A stretch of DNA of 10,830 bases from the NCBI GenBank assembly GCA_043825875.1, contig JBDRRF010000102.1, positions 1 through 10,830 on the forward strand, read 5' to 3'. The notes under the pieces were generated by a model that saw nothing but the letters and a program-made list of their open reading frames with translations, searched no databases and was not told the DNA's origin. Made by a program: the position numbers and the translations under genes. The stretch is from Pseudomonadota bacterium. Its GTDB lineage: Bacteria > Desulfobacterota > Desulfobacteria > Desulfobacterales > RPRI01. Of the stretch, positions 6,589 through 10,830 are shown piece by piece. Position 1 is the stretch's first letter. Every line of letters starts with the position of its first letter.

Positions 6589-6665
6589 TGTCATTTCGAA
6601 CATAGTGAGAAATCTTAATGGATATTAGAACCGGTATAAGATATCTTCCTTCGGTCGAAATGACA
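6589..6665. repeat. 77-bp palindromic REP-like element
   Basis: Perfect 11-bp terminal IR TGTCATTTCGA / TCGAAATGACA and inner imperfect IR GAGAAATCTTA / TAAGATATCTT. Confidence 0.75.
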
Positions 6666-6917
6666 CCATGGGGGAAAATAAGGAACAGTCGAATTATTTC
6701 TCTTTATCATTATCATACCAGCACACAGACCGGCCATTAATTCTTTTATAAATGTTGTTTGAGGGATAATGGTCGATTCTTTTTTGACAGGCTTAACACG
6801 TAAACCCTGTCTGATAAGTTTTTTGTAGTTGGTGCAAAGAACAAGATTGAAGCTCCCCGCTGCAAGCATCGAGGAATTCGCTCGCTGTTGCGGTTTGCAA
6901 TAAAAATATTTTACAAT

Positions 6918-6960
6918 TAATATTGAATATTCGGATTGACATTCCGAATATTCAATATTA
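6918..6960. repeat. Perfect 18-bp inverted repeat with 7-nt loop
   Basis: TAATATTGAATATTCGGA - TTGACAT - TCCGAATATTCAATATTA. Confidence 0.85.
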
Positions 6961-7349
6961 TCAGGGGCCACTTTGGGGCCACCCTATATATTTTTTACCA
7001 ATTAAAAGCCTCATAATATAAGAGTCACATGCCAAGAAAAGCATGTATAGATGCATTGCCAGCAATACTTCGTATCATTATTGAGCGTAGGATATTTTTG
7101 AAAGCGAATCCGACTGCAATGGTTTTCTGAACTGGTTTTTATAGTTTTTAGCCAAAATACAAAAGTAAGGGTGACGCCTATAATTTTATTCGTTTGTTCT
7201 ATCATCCCAGGTTATTTTCGCTTTTACATTTAGAGAAAATTATAATAGCATAGGCACCTCAATCATTAGATATAATGTGAAGGCTGGCCGGCATCATTGG
7301 CTTGAATGCCATGGCAATTATGGCAGGATTTGGTCAAAAGCATAATATG

Positions 7350-7491
7350 GAGCCAGTTTCAAAACGCCCCATTTTGGCCGATCTCTGCGTTGGGCTCAAA
7401 TTTCAATCCTCGAAATACTTAATGTATTCCTGTGGTTGATATTTTCTCCCGCCTTGAGCTTGACCAAACTGAAACGTTTTGAAAGTGGCTC
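7350..7491. mobile_element. MITE-like element (142 bp)
   Basis: 17-bp terminal IRs with one mismatch (GAGCCAGTTTCAAAACG / CGTTTTGAAAGTGGCTC); flanking direct repeat TATG at 7346-7349 and 7492-7495; non-coding. Confidence 0.75.
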
Positions 7492-7506
7492 TATGTTTTG
7501 TATAAT
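7479..7506 (+). promoter_or_regulatory. Putative sigma70 promoter for the AIM24-family gene
   Basis: TTGAAA 7479-7484, 16 bp, TATAAT 7501-7506; 38 nt upstream of ATG 7545. Confidence 0.55.
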
Positions 7507-7544
7507 TGGTGTCTGAAACATAAAAAAAGCAGGGGGGTTTTTAT

Positions 7545-8333
7545 ATGAAATGTCATGAAGTTGATTATGAAATCCATGGTGATGATATGCAAATCGTGGA
7601 AGTGGAGCTTGATCCGGGTGAGACTGTTATAGCTGAAGCAGGCGCCATGAACTGGATGGAAGAAGGTATTAGCTTTGAAGCCAAAATGGGTGATGGCTCC
7701 AATCCGGATAAAGGTTTTATGGGAAAGTTGCTTGATGTCGGCAAACGGGCATTGGTCGGTGAATCGTTATTTATGACCCACTTTACCAATACCGGGAGTG
7801 GTAAAAAACGCGTTGCATTCGGGGCACCTTATCCCGGGAAAATCATTGCACTCGATATGGGTAAAATCGGTGGGGAACTCATCTGCCAGAAAGATGCGTT
7901 TTTGTGTGCAGCCCTGGGAACGGAAATAAGTATAGCCTTTACCAAACGCCTGGGAACAGGTTTTTTTGGGGGTGAAGGATTTATATTACAACGCCTGCGA
8001 GGCGACGGGATGATGTTTGTCCATGCAGGCGGCATGATCGTGGAAAAGGAACTGAATGGTGAAATCTTAAGGGTGGATACCGGATGTATTGTCGGGTTTA
8101 CCCCCGGTATAGACTACGATATTGAACGTGCCGGCAACCTGAAATCCATGTTTTTTGGCGGTGAAGGTTTGTTTTTAGCCACTTTGCAGGGAAAGGGGAA
8201 AATTTATCTTCAGAGCCTGCCATTCTCACGCATGGCTGACCGTATTATTCAGCATGCACCTGCCAAAGGCGGTAAAGCCGTTGGCGAAGGTTCCGTTTTA
8301 GGCGGGCTTGGCCGGTTCCTTGACGGTGATTGA
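7545..8333 (+). CDS. TIGR00266 / AIM24 family protein
   Basis: '[28 protein letters not shown]', 'GESLFMTHF', 'CQKDAFLCA', repeated 'FFGGEG' motifs, '[13 protein letters not shown]'. Confidence 0.92.
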   Translation: MKCHEVDYEIHGDDMQIVEVELDPGETVIAEAGAMNWMEEGISFEAKMGDGSNPDKGFMGKLLDVGKRALVGESLFMTHFTNTGSGKKRVAFGAPYPGKIIALDMGKIGGELICQKDAFLCAALGTEISIAFTKRLGTGFFGGEGFILQRLRGDGMMFVHAGGMIVEKELNGEILRVDTGCIVGFTPGIDYDIERAGNLKSMFFGGEGLFLATLQGKGKIYLQSLPFSRMADRIIQHAPAKGGKAVGEGSVLGGLGRFLDGD

Positions 8334-8423
8334 TCCTGTTGACAGGCCGCAGCCGGTTTCGATAGATAAAAAATTAAGTATCAGAAAAAGGAATAAAGAG
8401 TCTTGTAAAGCTGGAGAGAAAAA

Positions 8424-9500
8424 GTGACAAAAAGCATTATAAAAGAAAAATTAAAGCAGAAAATATATAATGGTGACAGAATTACACCAGATGAAGCTTG
8501 CAATCTTTTTGCATGGGATTTGATAGAACTTGGCGAAGCGGGCAACATGAGAAGAAAGCTGATTTCGCCAAAAGAAGAAGTTGGCTTTATTATTGATCGC
8601 ATAATCAATTATACAAACATTTGCGAAGCGGCATGTAATTTTTGCGCATATCACGCAAGGGCAAATTTAATAAAACCTTACGAACTTTCACCTAATGAAA
8701 TTCTGGATAAGATCAAAGAGCTGGTCTTAATAAACGGCTCCCAGGTTATGTTGCAAGGCGGGCTCCACCCCGATTATACTCTTAATAAATATCTATCTAT
8801 GGTGAAAAACGTAAAAAAGCACTTTCCGCAAATATACCTTCATTCGTTTTCACCCAGTGAAATCTTTCACATATCAATAAAAAGTTCTGTTTCAATAGAT
8901 GAAGTAGTATCAGAATTAAAAGCTGCCGGCTTGGATTCCGTGCCTGGCGCATCTGACTTGCTGGTAGACAGGATACGTTCCAAGGTTAGTCCAAATAAAG
9001 CAAGCAAAGAACAATGGCGTGGGGTGGTATTTGCCTTACACCGCCACAATATGAAATCTTCTGCCACAATGACTTACGGTATGGGCGAAACCGAAGAAGA
9101 AAAAATCGAACATCTGAATTTCTTGCGAGATATTCAGGATGAAACGGGTATATTCAGGGCTTTTATTCCCTGGTCATTTTCTCCGGCAAATACCAGGCTG
9201 CAAGATATTGAGCCTGCAACCGGCATAGATTATCTGAAAATAGTTGCAATAGGCCGCATTTTTCTTGATAATATCAAATACATTCAGGCCGGATGGCTAA
9301 CCGAAGGGCTGAAAACCGCACAAATTGCTCTTACTATGGGAGCAAATGACATGGGCGGTGTTCTGATGGAAGAAACAGTAGTAAAGGCCACCGGCATTGA
9401 AACTACAGCAGGCATAGAAGAATTTATTGATATTATAAAAAACACAGGTAAAACCCCGGTATTAAGAGATTCTGAATATAATATTTTAAAAAGATATTAA
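8424..9500 (+). CDS. mqnC: Cyclic dehypoxanthine futalosine synthase (CofH/MqnC radical SAM)
   Basis: 'DRIINYTNICEAACNFC' CxxxCxxC, 'LQGGLHP', 'HSFSPSEI', 'ATMTYG', 'AFIPWSF', 'IQAGWLTEG', 'GANDMGG'; directly upstream of mqnD. Confidence 0.85.
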   Translation: MTKSIIKEKLKQKIYNGDRITPDEACNLFAWDLIELGEAGNMRRKLISPKEEVGFIIDRIINYTNICEAACNFCAYHARANLIKPYELSPNEILDKIKELVLINGSQVMLQGGLHPDYTLNKYLSMVKNVKKHFPQIYLHSFSPSEIFHISIKSSVSIDEVVSELKAAGLDSVPGASDLLVDRIRSKVSPNKASKEQWRGVVFALHRHNMKSSATMTYGMGETEEEKIEHLNFLRDIQDETGIFRAFIPWSFSPANTRLQDIEPATGIDYLKIVAIGRIFLDNIKYIQAGWLTEGLKTAQIALTMGANDMGGVLMEETVVKATGIETTAGIEEFIDIIKNTGKTPVLRDSEYNILKRY

Positions 9501-9501
9501 A

Positions 9502-10302
9502 ATGACAAATCTATCCATAGCCTTTTCACCGTGCCCGAATGACACATTCATATTTGATGCAATGCTTCATGATCGCATAGATACTTTGGGATATAATTTT
9601 CTTTTGCACATTGATGATGTTGAAACGCTTAACATTGCCGCTTTTCAAAACACATATCAAATCACAAAACTTTCATTTTATGCATATCTTCTATTAAAAA
9701 AGCATTATACGCTTTTAGATTCTGGGGCGGCTCTTGGCTTTGGATGTGGTCCTCTTCTGGTGTCAGGCAAAAAGCATCAGTTTTCAGAAACTTCTAAAAT
9801 TGCAATCCCCGGCAATTATACTACTGCTTTTCTTCTTTTAAAACTCTGGAATCCTGAAATCAAAAATATAGTTATAACCGGATTTGATCAGATTCTGCCG
9901 GGAATACAAAGCGGTGAATATGACGCGGGTCTTATTATTCACGAAGGAAGATTTATTTATCCTGATTATGATTGCATAAAAATTATAGATCTTGGGCAGT
10001 GGTGGGAAAAAGAAACAAAGCTTCCCATACCGCTTGGTTGCATTGCAATCAGAAATGACCAGGCTACAATCGTTCATAAAAGCCAAATTGAACTTCTGAT
10101 AAGAAATTCCATAATCCATGCAAGAAGCAACAGAGATGATTCTCTCTCTTTTATACTGGATCATGCCCAGGAAATGGATAGAAAAGTAGTAGATGAGCAC
10201 ATCAATCTTTATGTTAATGATTTTAGCATATCATTAGGAGAAGCCGGAAGAAATGCTATTAATGCTTTAGAGGAAATGGCCAGGTGGAAAAAAATCATTT
10301 AA
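9502..10302 (+). CDS. mqnD: 1,4-dihydroxy-6-naphthoate synthase
   Basis: 'FSPCPNDTFIF', 'DVETLN', 'GAALGFGCGPLLV', 'IIHEGRF', 'DLGQWW...LPIPLG', 'HINLYVN'. Confidence 0.95.
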   Translation: MTNLSIAFSPCPNDTFIFDAMLHDRIDTLGYNFLLHIDDVETLNIAAFQNTYQITKLSFYAYLLLKKHYTLLDSGAALGFGCGPLLVSGKKHQFSETSKIAIPGNYTTAFLLLKLWNPEIKNIVITGFDQILPGIQSGEYDAGLIIHEGRFIYPDYDCIKIIDLGQWWEKETKLPIPLGCIAIRNDQATIVHKSQIELLIRNSIIHARSNRDDSLSFILDHAQEMDRKVVDEHINLYVNDFSISLGEAGRNAINALEEMARWKKII

Positions 10303-10830
10303 TTTGTATTATCATGGCAACTACTCTTGAAGCCAAACCCTTTATAGACGGGCTTTCATTGATTCGCGAAAGCGAAAAGCCCTTTCCTGTTTACAAAAAT
10401 AATAACTATATTCTTATTATTTCAGGAATAGGAAAAACAAACGCGGCAATTGCATGCGCTTATACTTGCTTAACATTTCCCGGTTGCCGCATAATTAACC
10501 TTGGCGCGGCAGGAGCTACAGGCACTGAGCATTTGCTTGGAGAAAGCTTTCATATCACAGAAGCTGTTGAGTTTGACAGACCTCATTGGAAATCAAAAAC
10601 ACCTTATGTGCACAAACCGGATTTTCTTGAAGGATTTTCACCCGCAAAAATCGCAACGTCAGACCACCCGGTTATTGATCTTAAAGAAAGAAAAAAAATA
10701 TCTTTACTGGCAGACCTTGTAGATATGGAAAGTGCTTCCGTTATTCAAACCTGCAAAAAATTTGGCATACTTTGTTATCTTTTTAAATTTGTAAGCGATA
10801 CACCCGAGCATACAAACGATACGGATATTG
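10284..10830 (+). CDS. MTA/SAH nucleosidase-like protein (PNP_UDP_1 family), 3' truncated by the window; probable (amino)futalosine hydrolase step
   Basis: Absent from the ORF track. GAGGAA RBS, GTG 10284, overlapping the mqnD end. Translation: VEKNHLICIIMATTLEAKPF...ISGIGKTNAAIA...INLGAAG...ATSD...VDMESASV...KFVSD. Confidence 0.88.
   Translation, partial: MEKNHLICIIMATTLEAKPFIDGLSLIRESEKPFPVYKNNNYILIISGIGKTNAAIACAYTCLTFPGCRIINLGAAGATGTEHLLGESFHITEAVEFDRPHWKSKTPYVHKPDFLEGFSPAKIATSDHPVIDLKERKKISLLADLVDMESASVIQTCKKFGILCYLFKFVSDTPEHTNDTDI

Noticed and set aside
6615..7205. Minus-strand ORFs 6615-6971 and 7011-7205
   Set aside because: The first crosses several palindromic elements. Neither shows a recognisable motif or clear RBS; decayed gene fragments cannot be excluded.
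8424..9500. mqnE or cofH assignment
   Set aside because: The 'DRIINYTNIC' and 'IQAGWLTEG' motifs plus mqnD adjacency fit MqnC better; an HMM search would settle it.
7565..10722. Short antisense or alternate-frame ORFs over the AIM24/mqn genes, including 10501-10722
   Set aside because: They overlap confidently identified genes; 10501-10722 is out of frame within the nucleosidase.

Overview
The left half (1-~5510) is the distal end of an integron gene-cassette array on the + strand. It holds nine attC sites (59-128 bp, sequence-diverse), eight complete cassettes and a ninth that has lost its attC. No intI or attI is in the window; if present they would lie upstream. Cargo: a HEPN + overlapping unknown partner pair, a tandem-AP2 protein, a Zn-ribbon/TPR/CFI-box protein, and several hypothetical or membrane proteins. 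The array ends abruptly at a RAYT-like HUH (Y1) transposase (5590-6525). A ~1 kb intergenic zone follows, with several palindromic elements and a 142-bp MITE-like element with a 4-bp flanking direct repeat. The right part is housekeeping: an AIM24/TIGR00266 protein and a futalosine-pathway menaquinone cluster (mqnC, mqnD, then an MTAN-like nucleosidase cut by the window edge). All family calls are from motif recognition by eye, not from database searches.
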